The notes under the pieces were generated by a model that saw only the letters and a program-made list of their open reading frames with translations, searched no databases and was not told where the DNA came from. Position numbers and translations under genes: made by a program. Shown in pieces: positions 7,898-18,946 of a stretch of DNA of 63,695 nucleotides. The stretch spans positions 1 to 63,695 of the forward strand of contig CAWGZR010000013.1 of NCBI GenBank assembly GCA_963827165.1, read 5' to 3'. The stretch's first letter is position 1. Each line of letters starts with the position of its first letter. The stretch is from Candidatus Bathyarchaeota archaeon. Its GTDB lineage: Archaea; Thermoproteota; Bathyarchaeia; Bathyarchaeales; Bathycorpusculaceae.

Positions 7898-10627
7898 TTA
7901 TGGATGTTTTCTTGTGACGAGCAACGCGACTATGGCGATGCCTACGATGAAGACGATGATCATTGCGACTACTGCGTACGTGACTGTTGTGTTTGAGGCT
8001 AAACCGTTGACTGGTGTAGCGCTGGGTGTCGTTGTTGCTGCTGGGTTGCTTGCGTAGAATCCAGTTGATGCTGAGGACGCGTAGTATGATTGTGTGCCTG
8101 CGAATATTGCGTAGACCGTATAGTTACCTTGAATGTCTGGCGTCCATGTGAAGGAATAGTCACCTAAAGCGTTACTTGTCGTTGTGCCGATTGAGCGGTA
8201 GTTGTTGTTGCTGTCCAAAACGTAAAGTGCTACTGGAACACCGGTTATATTGGTTGGCATTGGTTGTTGCTGATAGACGCCTTCCATGAACTGTGTCATG
8301 CTTGCGTCGGAAACGCATGGTAAGCCGTTGGGGAAGTTCATTGCAACTGCATTTTGTTGCGATCCTGCAGATATGTCAGTTACTGAACCAATTATTGTGA
8401 TCGGCGTTTCTGTTGTAATGCCTACTTGAGGTGCGCTGATTGTGGTTTTGCTTGGTCCTTGAGCGTACGCGTATATGCTGTTGTCATAAGAACTGTACTC
8501 GATCGCGATGCCGTCGGAAACGGCACACGGCGCTGTAAGGTCAAAGCCCATATCACTCCATACTAACTGTCCGTTGGTGCAGTTTATTGCCAGTAGCTGA
8601 GCTCCACGGAACATTGGGGCAGTGTACGAGTGACCAACTGGGACAAATAGTACTCCGCCAGCGACAGCTCCTCCTACAGCTGGTGGAGATGTCCATAGTG
8701 GCCACACACCATAAGGCGTGTTAGATCCTGCGGGGCCAATCAGTTGCGTGGTATTTGTCGTCCAGAGAACTGCTCCTGTCGCCATGTTAATAGCGTATAT
8801 GGTTCCTCCGAAGCCGTACAAGAATTCTGTGCCGTTAGCGGCAATGGCTCGATACCCTCCAATGCTGGTGTAAGGATCTTGGTCAGGTAGTGTAGTTGGT
8901 CCCCATACAAGTTTGCCTGTAGTCATACTGTAGCCATTTATTACACCTGTTTCGCAATTGACTTCGCCATAGACTCCAGCGGTAGCTGGAAGCATGGATA
9001 GCCTTGTTTCGGGTGTTTCTGTCCTATTAGTTATCCATAGCTGTGCGCCGTTGGCCATACTGTAGGCTGCTTCAATTTGGAAGCCCGTTTGGAAGGATGA
9101 TACAGTACTTGAACAGGTCATAAGTATTACTCCGTCCTCGATACAGGTGCCACTTATACCAAGAGAGCCCGGCACAGTTGCAAAGGTAAATGAAGCGGTC
9201 GATGTAGGGAAAGGAACGCCGTTAAGGTTTACAGCTATCGGTGCTTGCCATTGTATTCCTGCTGCCCACGGAATGATTTCGTTTTGTGCAGGTTCCCAAA
9301 TCCAAGCATTCGATGGGGCGCCTGTTTCGTAATTCATGACGTCTAAGGTTGAGTTCCACATTCCCAGCATAGGTACGTTTGGATTAGTCGAGTTAACAAA
9401 GTAGCCTATCAAGTTGCCACCTGCGTCTTCTGTTAGCGTCATTCCGTAAGTGTCGTTGACGATGCTTAGTACGTAGTTTCCAGTTACGGCGTCATACATG
9501 CTCAATGTGGTTCCAGTGAGTGTGGTAGTGACGGGCACATATGCTCCACCGTTAAGAACTGTTTGCTGGCTGGCAGGAACGCTGCACATAACGCCAGTTA
9601 ATGTTGGGTTTCCAAGCGGGTTACCGGTGGCCCATAAGTATTCCATGGCTCCATACTGATCGGGTGTATGAAAATCAAGTAGTTGACCGCATTTTAAGAT
9701 TGGTCCGTTTGTTTGCCCAGTGGGCTGACTCTTTGTCCATACTGTTTGTCCGGTTTTCAAGTTTATGGCAGCCCAGCCTGTAGGATCTTGTGAAGATCCT
9801 GGAATCATTTCGTAGTAGAGGACACCATTCATGATTATCGGTGCGAATTTGGGTTGATATTGTTGTGGAGCATTGAAATTGCTAGTAGCGTCACCGCCGA
9901 ATTCTCCTCCGATTAGACCTCCAGGAGCACCGCCAGCTTCCGTCCATAGAATGTGAGCAGTAGTTGGCGACGTAGTATACGGGTTATAGCTTCCGGTAGC
10001 GTTATAATTGCCATTGCTTGCTAGCGATAGCCAGTTTCCGCTAATAATAGACCAATAGCTGTTAACGGATTCTATTGGGCGCGTCCAGTAGGTTGTTGGA
10101 AGTGGAGCTTGTGGAACACTCGGAACTGCCATCTGCTGCACTGTCAAGGTTGTCGAGGCATTAGATGGCTCGAAATAGTCGCCAATATATACGTCAGCAG
10201 CAGTTCCTGGCGCAAGATTGTTTCCGGCTAGTATTTGTCCAGGAAAGCTGAAAGCCACGCTATAAGTGCCTACCGCCGAGGGTGTAAAGTCAGTGTATGT
10301 TCCTCCTGTAGGGTCTGATGCAAATGGTCCCAGTTTTGAAGTGCCACTTGGTCCCGTAATTGTCACCATGAGATTCTGCCATCTATCGCCATACTGAGCA
10401 TCCGCATCAAGTGGCGGTATGTCGAGCCAGAAGCCTATGTTGATTGTTTGACCGACACCTGCAGGGTTAGGATTCGCCGCAACGTAAGCATAAGTTTTAA
10501 TATCTATTTTTCCCGGTGCTAGAGCTTGCGCGTTTGCGTTAGGTATTAGTGTTAGTGAAGCTATCATCGATAGTATAAAGAACGTCGAAATCACAATTGC
10601 TAAAATTTTGTTTTTTATCGTTTTCAA
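7898..10627 (-). CDS. Large PQQ-type beta-propeller cell-surface protein (Bathyarchaeia-type)
   Basis: Signal peptide, 'PNPAGVGQ', 'TYWTRPI', repeated 'TGxxxW' blades, C-terminal TM. Confidence 0.85.
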   Translation of the reverse strand: MKTIKNKILAIVISTFFILSMIASLTLIPNANAQALAPGKIDIKTYAYVAANPNPAGVGQTINIGFWLDIPPLDADAQYGDRWQNLMVTITGPSGTSKLGPFASDPTGGTYTDFTPSAVGTYSVAFSFPGQILAGNNLAPGTAADVYIGDYFEPSNASTTLTVQQMAVPSVPQAPLPTTYWTRPIESVNSYWSIISGNWLSLASNGNYNATGSYNPYTTSPTTAHILWTEAGGAPGGLIGGEFGGDATSNFNAPQQYQPKFAPIIMNGVLYYEMIPGSSQDPTGWAAINLKTGQTVWTKSQPTGQTNGPILKCGQLLDFHTPDQYGAMEYLWATGNPLGNPTLTGVMCSVPASQQTVLNGGAYVPVTTTLTGTTLSMYDAVTGNYVLSIVNDTYGMTLTEDAGGNLIGYFVNSTNPNVPMLGMWNSTLDVMNYETGAPSNAWIWEPAQNEIIPWAAGIQWQAPIAVNLNGVPFPTSTASFTFATVPGSLGISGTCIEDGVILMTCSSTVSSFQTGFQIEAAYSMANGAQLWITNRTETPETRLSMLPATAGVYGEVNCETGVINGYSMTTGKLVWGPTTLPDQDPYTSIGGYRAIAANGTEFLYGFGGTIYAINMATGAVLWTTNTTQLIGPAGSNTPYGVWPLWTSPPAVGGAVAGGVLFVPVGHSYTAPMFRGAQLLAINCTNGQLVWSDMGFDLTAPCAVSDGIAIEYSSYDNSIYAYAQGPSKTTISAPQVGITTETPITIIGSVTDISAGSQQNAVAMNFPNGLPCVSDASMTQFMEGVYQQQPMPTNITGVPVALYVLDSNNNYRSIGTTTSNALGDYSFTWTPDIQGNYTVYAIFAGTQSYYASSASTGFYASNPAATTTPSATPVNGLASNTTVTYAVVAMIIVFIVGIAIVALLVTRKHP

Positions 10628-11302
10628 TTTTTTCTTTCTCCCTTAATTTAACGTTGAGAAGAAACAAACAAAGAAGGTCTCTCTCAACAACTCAGCCTCT
10701 ACTGCCAATCTCTATATATGATTTGGCTAATTTCGTACTTCGAAAGTCGTCAATTGCTATCCTTTTGATTAAAATTAGGCAAAAATGAAATCATGACATG
10801 CTGTTCTAATTTAGAAAAACGACTTAAATAAAGAATAATTATCAAAGATCTTTCCGCAAGTTTTGCCGATACCCGTCCTCAAACTCGTATATTTCAAAAC
10901 TTTTATCAAAACGGAATTAATCTGCGGCTCAAACGTTGATAACATTACACCGTGTCAGGAGCGATTTTCAAAAGGTGTTAGGAGGAATCCGCCCCATTTG
11001 GGGGCTGGTCCCACATCCCTCGCGCCCTTAACAAACTCGTCGAAAGATTATTTTTACCGGTAAATTGGGGCTATGATGCCCGTTCTAGCTACAAAGTAAT
11101 CCGGCCCTCGAACCGCAATAAGCATGGTTTTGAGCCTGATTTCTGGTTCAACTCGGCGTCCGCACCTTAACCGCACCAAAGTCTGGGTTCAAAAACCCTA
11201 GAGACCTGCAACGTTTAAGGCGCAGAATCGATGATATTCGGTTCTAGAATTTAGATTGGATGACTTATTGAAGAAAAAATGTGCGCACGGAAAAGTTCTA
11301 CT

Positions 11303-13543
11303 TCAAGCGAATGTTTCTTTTTCAGGCCCAGAAATCGCGCATGCAGGGATTGTTATTACGAATTTTGCGCCTATACTCGGTTCGCCTTCTTCAGTTATTG
11401 TCCAGCCGTAGACATCCATCATCTTTTTGACCAGATACAATCCAAGGCCGCTGCCTTTGCCAGTTGTGAAGCCAGCCTCGAAAAGCTTAGGCTTGTTTGT
11501 TTCAGGTACTCCAACTCCGTTGTCCTCATAGATCAGCTTCATTTCCTTTCCCTCTCTTGTGCAGTGAAGTCGTATTTGGGTAACTTTTTCGCCATGTTTA
11601 AGCGAGTTATCGATGAAGTTGTAGAACAGTTGTTTTAGAAGCGAATCTGCAATAACATGTAGTCCTTGGCATTCATTTGCAACCTCCACGTTTCCCAATT
11701 TTGTCATAAGCGCTACCGCTTGATTGAAGTTTTCAAAAACGCTTTCCTTTGAGGGCTTTTCAGCGCCAATCCGCTCGTACAAACGGCTAAACTCAAAAAT
11801 CCTATCAGAAGAAGCAATCGCAGTGCCAATGCCATCAAGATACTTAGCTAAATCGGGATTATCGCCTATGCGTTTTCTTAGCAAAAACAAATTGGATCTT
11901 GCAGCCATCAGCTTGTTAATCACATCATGCCTTGTTAAACTGCCCACGACGCGCAGCTTCTCGTTCATTAGGTCAATTTTATCGCTGTTTTCCTTTAATT
12001 TCTTCTCTGCTTCTTTCTTTTCAGTTATGTTTATAGTGAGTTCCAACGCAGCAACAACATTTCCATCTTTGTCTTTAATAGGCGTCGCTATGAGATCAAA
12101 CCAAACAGGATGGCCTTTGTTAAATCCTACCTGATTGCAGTATTCACGGCGGTCAAAGTCAGCTCCTTCAAAAATTTTCTTAGGGCCACAATCAGGGCAG
12201 ATACTGGTGCAGGTGTTAAAAGATGAATAGCAGGGGCTGCCTTCGGAAGCATCCCCTAATTGCTTTAAGTAATTATTCATCCAAAGTATCTTGTAGTCCG
12301 TGCTGATTATCACAAGTCCAGCGCCGATATTTCGAGTTACGGATTCCAGCCTATTCTGCTCTTGCCCAAGAGCCTCTTCGTTCTTCTTTCGTTTAGTAAT
12401 GTCGCGTTCAACTGATACTAAGAGATTTTTTGAGCCTACTTTTACTTTGTTAATAGAGACTTCAACGTCGATTGTGGAACTATCTTTGCGTCGATGCTTT
12501 GTTTCGAAAGTTAATTTTTCATTGTTCAAGAGTTTACTAACTCGGTCTATTACTTGTTCGTCGTCGCTTTTTTCGTCTAAGAATGTGATGGGTTTGCCTA
12601 TGATTTCTTCTCGAGTGAATCCATGAATTTGTAGAGCAGAACTGTTGGCGTCGAATATTATAGGGACCCCTGTTGCTTGAGTTTCCAAAATTAAGGTGTA
12701 ATCACCGGCTTGTTCGAATAGAGTCTTGTACTTTTCTTCACTTTCCTTGAGGTCTTGCTCAGCTTTTTTGCGTTCAGTAATGTCTTTGGCGAAAACTGTA
12801 AGTCCGCCATCTATTGGGATTACGTTGAATTCCCAAACGTTAGGTTCATAAAGACCATTCCACTCGAATGTTTTGGATTCTTTCTTCTCCAGAGCCTCTG
12901 TCAAGTTCCTTTCTAGAGTTGTTCCGATACGATTTGCAAAGACAACTCTTGCATTCTTACCTAGCATTTCATTCTGAGTTAAACCGCCAATTTTCGCAAA
13001 TGTCTCATTACAATAAGTCACGACCCAGTTTGAATCAAAAGCAAATATTGCATCGTGAGTGCTGTTTACGATTGAGTTTATTATTTTGTTGTTTTGTTTT
13101 AGTTTTTCTTCTGCTTTCTTACGTTGTGTAGTGATCTTTATGCCATGAGCTAATTCGCCGTAGACGGTTTCAGGGGATCCTTGTTTGTTGTAGTACCCGT
13201 CTGCGCCGAGATTCAATGCTTGTATAGCTACTTCTTCTCTGCCTTTGCCAGTAAACAAAACAAATGGGATGTCGTTTTTCTGTGACCTGAGCTCTTTTAA
13301 AAAGTCTAAACCGTTTTTTTGGGGCATCTCATAATCAGAAATAATTGCATCATATTTCCAAGTTGAAAGTTTCTTGAGGGCTTCATCAACGCAACATGCT
13401 TGGTCAATGTCAAAGTTGTTGTTCAGATCTAGCAGGACAAGCTTTGAAATCGCCCTTATTGAAGCGTCATCATCAACATGCAAGATACGCACTGGAGTCT
13501 TACGATCCGTTGTTTTTGAAGCGCCGTTTTGGGGTTGAAGCAA
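11303..13543 (-). CDS. Hybrid receiver-PAS-histidine kinase
   Basis: REC (HVDDD, SDYEMP, FTGKG), PAS domains, H-box RHD, HATPase G-boxes. Confidence 0.9.
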   Translation of the reverse strand: MLQPQNGASKTTDRKTPVRILHVDDDASIRAISKLVLLDLNNNFDIDQACCVDEALKKLSTWKYDAIISDYEMPQKNGLDFLKELRSQKNDIPFVLFTGKGREEVAIQALNLGADGYYNKQGSPETVYGELAHGIKITTQRKKAEEKLKQNNKIINSIVNSTHDAIFAFDSNWVVTYCNETFAKIGGLTQNEMLGKNARVVFANRIGTTLERNLTEALEKKESKTFEWNGLYEPNVWEFNVIPIDGGLTVFAKDITERKKAEQDLKESEEKYKTLFEQAGDYTLILETQATGVPIIFDANSSALQIHGFTREEIIGKPITFLDEKSDDEQVIDRVSKLLNNEKLTFETKHRRKDSSTIDVEVSINKVKVGSKNLLVSVERDITKRKKNEEALGQEQNRLESVTRNIGAGLVIISTDYKILWMNNYLKQLGDASEGSPCYSSFNTCTSICPDCGPKKIFEGADFDRREYCNQVGFNKGHPVWFDLIATPIKDKDGNVVAALELTINITEKKEAEKKLKENSDKIDLMNEKLRVVGSLTRHDVINKLMAARSNLFLLRKRIGDNPDLAKYLDGIGTAIASSDRIFEFSRLYERIGAEKPSKESVFENFNQAVALMTKLGNVEVANECQGLHVIADSLLKQLFYNFIDNSLKHGEKVTQIRLHCTREGKEMKLIYEDNGVGVPETNKPKLFEAGFTTGKGSGLGLYLVKKMMDVYGWTITEEGEPSIGAKFVITIPACAISGPEKETFA

Positions 13544-14055
13544 AGAGCTACCACTAAGCGTAACCCTTCAGTCTGCGTATGTTAAGATGATTTGTGCAAA
13601 CATCATCTGGACACACAAATTTTTTCTATCAGCACCTTTTTTGCTTTTACATCATATAGAACAAGTAAAGAAAAATTGCACACGTTCTGATCTCGCTTCA
13701 TTAAACTTGCAACTGCGCACGCGCCCGTAATTGCCTTGAACGGAAAAATCCAACTTGTTGCGGCCTACTCGACGTCTTGACTTTTATAGTACTCAGCATT
13801 TACATAATTGCCTTACGACAGAAAAAAGCAGTCACACTATTCGGATGAATCAGGCCGCCCTCGCAATGTACCATTTGTTCGGGCATTAGGGATTTCAATT
13901 TTCTGGGGGTATAGTAGGAAAAGCCGGGGCGATTTTACCTTATCATCACAACATATAAAATACAATAAATAATATTGAAATGGTTTGATTCTATACCCAC
14001 CAATCCGTAGAAGACCTTCACGTCTTTTCGGGGCAAGCGCAGAAGATATATCGTG

Positions 14056-16671
14056 TTACTTGTAAGTAAATTTACCGTTTAGCTCCTCGGGGGGAGGCAA
14101 ACGTATAATGAAAGTTGTTCCTTTACCCTCTTCGCTATCAAAAGAGACTGTACCGCCCAACGCTTCAGTCATCCGCTTAACCACAGCTAAACCGAAACCC
14201 TGCCCCTTAGACTTCGTTGTAAACAACGGCGTAAACAGCTTATCTTTTACATCATCAGGAATACCCACACCTGTGTCCGCAACCGTTATGATCGAGTCGT
14301 TAGCTTCTTTGTACGCTTTTATAGATAGTTTTCCGCCTTTAGGCATAGCTTGAACAGCGTTAATTACCAAATTGCCCACAATCCGCTTCAAAATATCGGG
14401 ATCAGACATCAAAGTGTCCGCTTCTTTTTGCACCTTCACGTGAACCTTAACGTTTTCCGCAACCCTATTTTTTGCGATCAACTCATCCATAAACTTTTCA
14501 AGATTAATTTCGGTGGCTACTGGCCTAAGAGCTTTAGTGTAATCTTGAAGGTCAGAGACAATCTTATTGATGTAATCAACGTTCTTTTCAATTTCAGATA
14601 GGTTTTCTTGGATGTTATTTTTCTCTTCACTCTCAGGCAGTGCAATTAAATCTGTTTTAGCTAAGAAAACATCGCCAGTTATGGCCTGCAGCGGGTTACG
14701 GATGTCATGTCCAACCATACCTGCTGTTGCGCCGATTGTAGCTAAGCGTTCAGCATCCTTCAGCTGCGCAGCTCTTTTTTCTGCGAGATCCTCCATTTGA
14801 TTCGCGTATTCTTCGACTCGAACAGCAGACTCCTCAAGCTTAGCCTGCAGCTCTATCCGATCAGTAATATCCACATTAGACTCTAACATTTCCACTATTT
14901 GGCCGTCCGCACCAAATCGCGCCAACCAAAAACTTTGCTCAGCCACCTTACATCCGTCTTTGCTGATGTGAATTAATTCACCTGACCATTTTCCATCCAG
15001 CTTTACCTTGTTTAGGATTTCGTCAAGTGGTTGTCTAAATTCCGTCTTTAACAGCTTATGGATGTTTTGTCCAAGCGCTTCGTCTTTTGTCCAGCCATAC
15101 AGGTTCTCTGCGCCCCTACTCCAAAAAGAAATAGTGCCGTCCAGTCGCTGTATTATTATAGCATCGGGACTAAGATCAATAAGCTCAGCCTGCCGTTTAA
15201 TTGCTTCTTCGGCTTGCTTGCTTTCAGTAATGTTAATTGCGTAGACGCGAATGCGTTGAGCGTTTGGTACGTTGCTGTAACTCTGCAAGTACCAGTCATC
15301 GCCAACTTTTACTTCACAAGCAAAGGCGTTTGCAGTTTTCTCAGTGAATACTTTAGTCACACTTTTCCAGCTGGCAAAGAAAGGATGATTTAAACCCAAG
15401 GTTTCGAGGTCAGCAAACATGGCTTTTGCTGCAGGATTAATATATTCGATTTTACCCTCAAAATTCATTTCAACGATGGGATTGGGATTAAGTGTTGGAA
15501 ATGAAGCCAATCTCGTAATTTCCTCTTCAGCTTTTTTACGTTCAGCGATGTCTCTGAATATTAGCACGACGCCTGTGGTGTTGCCATCTTTATCTTTTAT
15601 GGGCGCTCCACTGTCATCAATTGGAACTACGGAGCCGTCTTTCTTAATCAAAACTGTGTGGTTCGCTAAGCCAACAACTATGCCTTCTCTGAGAACTTTG
15701 TCTATTGGGTTTTCAACTTCTAATCGAGTTTGCTCGTTGACAATATTGAAAACTTCTTTCACTTGTTTCTGCGAAGCTTCGCTTAGCTTCCAACCAGTAA
15801 GTTCTTCAGCCGCGCCGTTCATGAACATAATTTTACCCGATGTATCGGTAGCAATAACCGCATCGCCTATACTTGCCAACGTAGTTGCCCAACGCTGCTC
15901 ACTTTTCTGTAGAGACGATCGTGCTTGTTCCAAATCTGATTTAGACGCAGTCACAGTTTTCAGGTTAGCTGCCATCTGGTCGAACGCACTGGATAGCTCG
16001 CCAATTTCATCATTACTTGTAGAGGCAATTGTGTAGTCAAGATTGCCTGAACCGATTATTTTTGTACCTTCTTGAAGTTTGGTTATTGATCTGAATGTGC
16101 GCCTGAAAACAAGAAGGTAAATCATGACGAAATAAGCTGCAAATGCACCTAACAGGGTGAAAATGAGAATGTTGTTTGTTTGCTTCAACTGGTTGGCTTG
16201 ATTTTCAAAGGAGTTTGCCAAAACGTAAGCGGCGTAAGCAAGTTGCTGATTTTCCACTGCCAACTGGTCAGAAACGGTCTTTAAACTTGCAGGAACTTGA
16301 CCGTTCTGAGGTGTACTCTCAACAAGAGATATTGAATTATTGAATCCCGCACCGACAAGCTGCAAATCGGTCTCAACGTTGTTAACTTGTGTTGCCTGTT
16401 CTGGATTTGTTGAGTTTATTTTTGAAAGGTCAGCAAACATGGAAGAAAACTGAGTTTGCCACTGATTCACCTGGGCATTATCCTGGTATAGGAAATAGTC
16501 ATTCGAAATATACGCAAGGTTGCTGGCTCCTGTTTGGATTTGGCCAGATGTTTGTTGCTCATTTGTTATTTTTACTGCCTGCTGATTGGTGATAATTACT
16601 GACGTTGAAATGATTAGCAAAATTATTCCGAAGATAGCTATGCTGATGATTAGCTGGCTTTTTAGCTTCAC
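14056..16671 (-). CDS. Membrane HAMP-PAS sensor histidine kinase
   Basis: Two TMs, HAMP (DEIGEL), three PAS domains, HDIRNPL, GQGFGL. Confidence 0.9.
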   Translation of the reverse strand: MKLKSQLIISIAIFGIILLIISTSVIITNQQAVKITNEQQTSGQIQTGASNLAYISNDYFLYQDNAQVNQWQTQFSSMFADLSKINSTNPEQATQVNNVETDLQLVGAGFNNSISLVESTPQNGQVPASLKTVSDQLAVENQQLAYAAYVLANSFENQANQLKQTNNILIFTLLGAFAAYFVMIYLLVFRRTFRSITKLQEGTKIIGSGNLDYTIASTSNDEIGELSSAFDQMAANLKTVTASKSDLEQARSSLQKSEQRWATTLASIGDAVIATDTSGKIMFMNGAAEELTGWKLSEASQKQVKEVFNIVNEQTRLEVENPIDKVLREGIVVGLANHTVLIKKDGSVVPIDDSGAPIKDKDGNTTGVVLIFRDIAERKKAEEEITRLASFPTLNPNPIVEMNFEGKIEYINPAAKAMFADLETLGLNHPFFASWKSVTKVFTEKTANAFACEVKVGDDWYLQSYSNVPNAQRIRVYAINITESKQAEEAIKRQAELIDLSPDAIIIQRLDGTISFWSRGAENLYGWTKDEALGQNIHKLLKTEFRQPLDEILNKVKLDGKWSGELIHISKDGCKVAEQSFWLARFGADGQIVEMLESNVDITDRIELQAKLEESAVRVEEYANQMEDLAEKRAAQLKDAERLATIGATAGMVGHDIRNPLQAITGDVFLAKTDLIALPESEEKNNIQENLSEIEKNVDYINKIVSDLQDYTKALRPVATEINLEKFMDELIAKNRVAENVKVHVKVQKEADTLMSDPDILKRIVGNLVINAVQAMPKGGKLSIKAYKEANDSIITVADTGVGIPDDVKDKLFTPLFTTKSKGQGFGLAVVKRMTEALGGTVSFDSEEGKGTTFIIRLPPPEELNGKFTYK

Positions 16672-16681
16672 TTTTTTCTCC

Positions 16682-17698
16682 TCAGCTTATGATGTCTACA
16701 GATCCAGAATCCACTGACTCAAGTCCATTAATGTATATGTAATTTACGAAATTTGGAACTGTTTTCCCGCTGACCAAATTGTTGCTTATAGCCCATCTAG
16801 CTTCTTCTTCCAGTGCTAGAATTAACGAGTCATCAAGGGATAAAGAAAACTGGTGGTTGGGCCAGTCTTGAGCAAGGTAAGCTGCCGTATAGTTAAAGCG
16901 GGTTTGCAAAACAGCTTTTGCACTGGTTGGGTTCTGGATTACGAAATTCTGGGCTTCGACGAGGGATTTTAAGAAACGGTTTACTAAATCTGAATTCTGA
17001 GTTATCCAGCTAGTTTGGCCATAAATTAAGGCATATGCTAACTGTTCGCCTTGCACCTGCCACACAATTGTATTGTTTGGTAGCGCCGCTTGCACCTGAC
17101 TTATGTAATTTTGTGAAACAACCACAGCGTCAACGGTCCCGTTTGCTATAGAGCTAACCCATTGAGAGGGCTGAACATTAACCAAGGTTACGTTACTGAG
17201 GCTCAGACCGTTAACATCTAAGAAACTTCCGAGATAGTATTCCTTTAATGACTGAAAAACAACTCCAATTGTTTTTCCAACAAGGTCCGTGACACTCTCT
17301 ATTCCGTGGCCTTTGTTGGCAATCAGGTAAACTCCTTGGTATTTGTCTATATTTGCAATCACGCTGATGTTATCGTTTGCAAATGCGTTTGTTACTTCGG
17401 TATATTCTCCTGAAGTGGCCAGGTCTGCCTGACTTGTTAGAACTGCGTTATCAGCTTCAGTGGATGTTTCAAAAGTCTTTATGACAAAGTTTATTCCATT
17501 CTGTTGGAAGAAATGTTGGTTTTGGGCAACGTAAATTAGTTCAGATGAATCGACGCCTAAGTCTCCGAAAGTGATTGTTTCGACTTTTCCGGTGTATCTT
17601 GTTGAATTCAGGTAAAGAAATGAGCTTAAAACAATGGCAACAATCAAAATTATAGCGGCTGAGATCACTATCAAATTTCGTCTCTTCCGCATGGCCAT
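16682..17698 (-). CDS. SsuA/NrtA/THI5-like substrate-binding protein, likely partner of the kinase
   Basis: N-terminal anchor; 'GIESVTDLVGKTIGV'; 10 bp from the kinase; no permease adjacent. Confidence 0.85.
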   Translation of the reverse strand: MAMRKRRNLIVISAAIILIVAIVLSSFLYLNSTRYTGKVETITFGDLGVDSSELIYVAQNQHFFQQNGINFVIKTFETSTEADNAVLTSQADLATSGEYTEVTNAFANDNISVIANIDKYQGVYLIANKGHGIESVTDLVGKTIGVVFQSLKEYYLGSFLDVNGLSLSNVTLVNVQPSQWVSSIANGTVDAVVVSQNYISQVQAALPNNTIVWQVQGEQLAYALIYGQTSWITQNSDLVNRFLKSLVEAQNFVIQNPTSAKAVLQTRFNYTAAYLAQDWPNHQFSLSLDDSLILALEEEARWAISNNLVSGKTVPNFVNYIYINGLESVDSGSVDIIS

Positions 17699-17896
17699 CT
17701 AAAACATCCTCAATTTGAAGCTGGATTAAATCTACTTACAAGCAAACGTATATATTGTTATCCAAAAAACAAATCAAGAGAAGAACTTTCTCAGATTTGA
17801 TTAGACTAAGATGCTCGAATTGGAATAGCAGCTTCAAATCGTCGTCGCAGTTTACAAAAGTCGACTTATTCAACAAATTTGAGGTAGGGGACTCAG

Positions 17897-18067
17897 ATTT
17901 TCGCCGGTCTTACAGCTTATGACACTCAAAACATCAAGAATACTTTTTATGACTTCGAAGGAGATATCATAAAGAAAGAAATACTTGGCGCTCTCAATCT
18001 TTACTTGGATTTCGTGAACATTTTCTTGGACCTGATTAAATTATTGGGAAAAAGGAGAGACGACTAA
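17897..18067 (+). pseudogene. Bax inhibitor-1/YccA family C-terminal fragment
   Basis: IFAGLTAYDTQNIK...GALNLYLDFVNIFLDLIKLLGKRRDD*; no N-terminal part. Confidence 0.8.
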
Positions 18068-18105
18068 AAAACTCTAATAGATTAAAGTTGCTGAGGAGAA
18101 AAAAC

Positions 18106-18273
18106 ATGAAAATAATGGGTTGGATAATCCTGGCGATAGGCTTGGGGATTATAGCGGACGGAGTAGGAAGCATTTTGTTACCCGAAAATACGCATGGGTT
18201 TTGGCTCGATTTTGAAAGGGGTTTGAGGCTAATGGCGGGGCTTGCTTTAGTTGGAATTGCGATTTTCGTGTGA
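18106..18273 (+). CDS. Small two-TM membrane protein
   Basis: GAGGAG ribosome-binding site; two hydrophobic segments. Confidence 0.6.
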   Translation: MKIMGWIILAIGLGIIADGVGSILLPENTHGFWLDFERGLRLMAGLALVGIAIFV

Positions 18274-18430
18274 ATAAAAAACAGCCTGCAACAATTTTCG
18301 CGATTCGGCCTTTATTTTTTACAATTAGATCTCGTGCTTAGGCTGTTATGAATAAACATGGGCACCACAGAAAACCTTCAGACCTTAACGCAACCCAAAG
18401 TTTTGCTTCCATGTCGGGGAAAATCAGATA

Positions 18431-18946
18431 TTGCCGGTTGAACATATATTTGATCTTGGGGAAAACAATATTACAGCTGATTTTGCCAGTATCGTTAAAG
18501 ACGACGCTCGAGCGTTAATGGATAGAAGAAGGAAGGGCGAGCGTCCGCTGTTTAATCCAGACGTGTTAGTTAATCCCAGTAGGTATGCGAGACCCATAGC
18601 CATTGACAAAATAATTGCCGATACGAAGGTTTCAAGGGACGGCATCGAATACTATAAGAAGAAAATCAAAGCAAACGAACCGATTGACCCCGTCGTGGTT
18701 GTTAAGCATCCTCGCTTAGATTTATATGCAGTTTTGGATGGGCATCACAGGTATTGGGCGTGTAGAGAGTTAGGCAAGGAAATGATTGATTGTGCGTTGG
18801 CGGAAGACTACTCGAGCGTTATCTTCTATCTGACAGAACATGGTTACCTTCAGCCAAGCGCTGAGGCGACAGAGCATTTGAGGTTGCCTGCCAAAAAAAT
18901 ACATGAAAACTTGAAGCAGTTCTTAGAAGATTTTCTTGATGAGTAA
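18431..18946 (+). CDS. ParB/sulfiredoxin-like domain protein
   Basis: PVVVVK...AVLDGHHRYWA. Confidence 0.75.
   Translation: MPVEHIFDLGENNITADFASIVKDDARALMDRRRKGERPLFNPDVLVNPSRYARPIAIDKIIADTKVSRDGIEYYKKKIKANEPIDPVVVVKHPRLDLYAVLDGHHRYWACRELGKEMIDCALAEDYSSVIFYLTEHGYLQPSAEATEHLRLPAKKIHENLKQFLEDFLDE

Noticed and set aside
10975-11030. GGAGGAATCCGCCCC as the missing 5' half of rnpB
   Set aside because: Only a short resemblance to CR-I; no strand complementary to the 3' terminal helix and no other conserved regions seen
15008-16036. Long antisense ORFs over the kinases (also over EF-2, MCM and TerL)
   Set aside because: Shadow ORFs of well-supported genes, with no recognisable motifs
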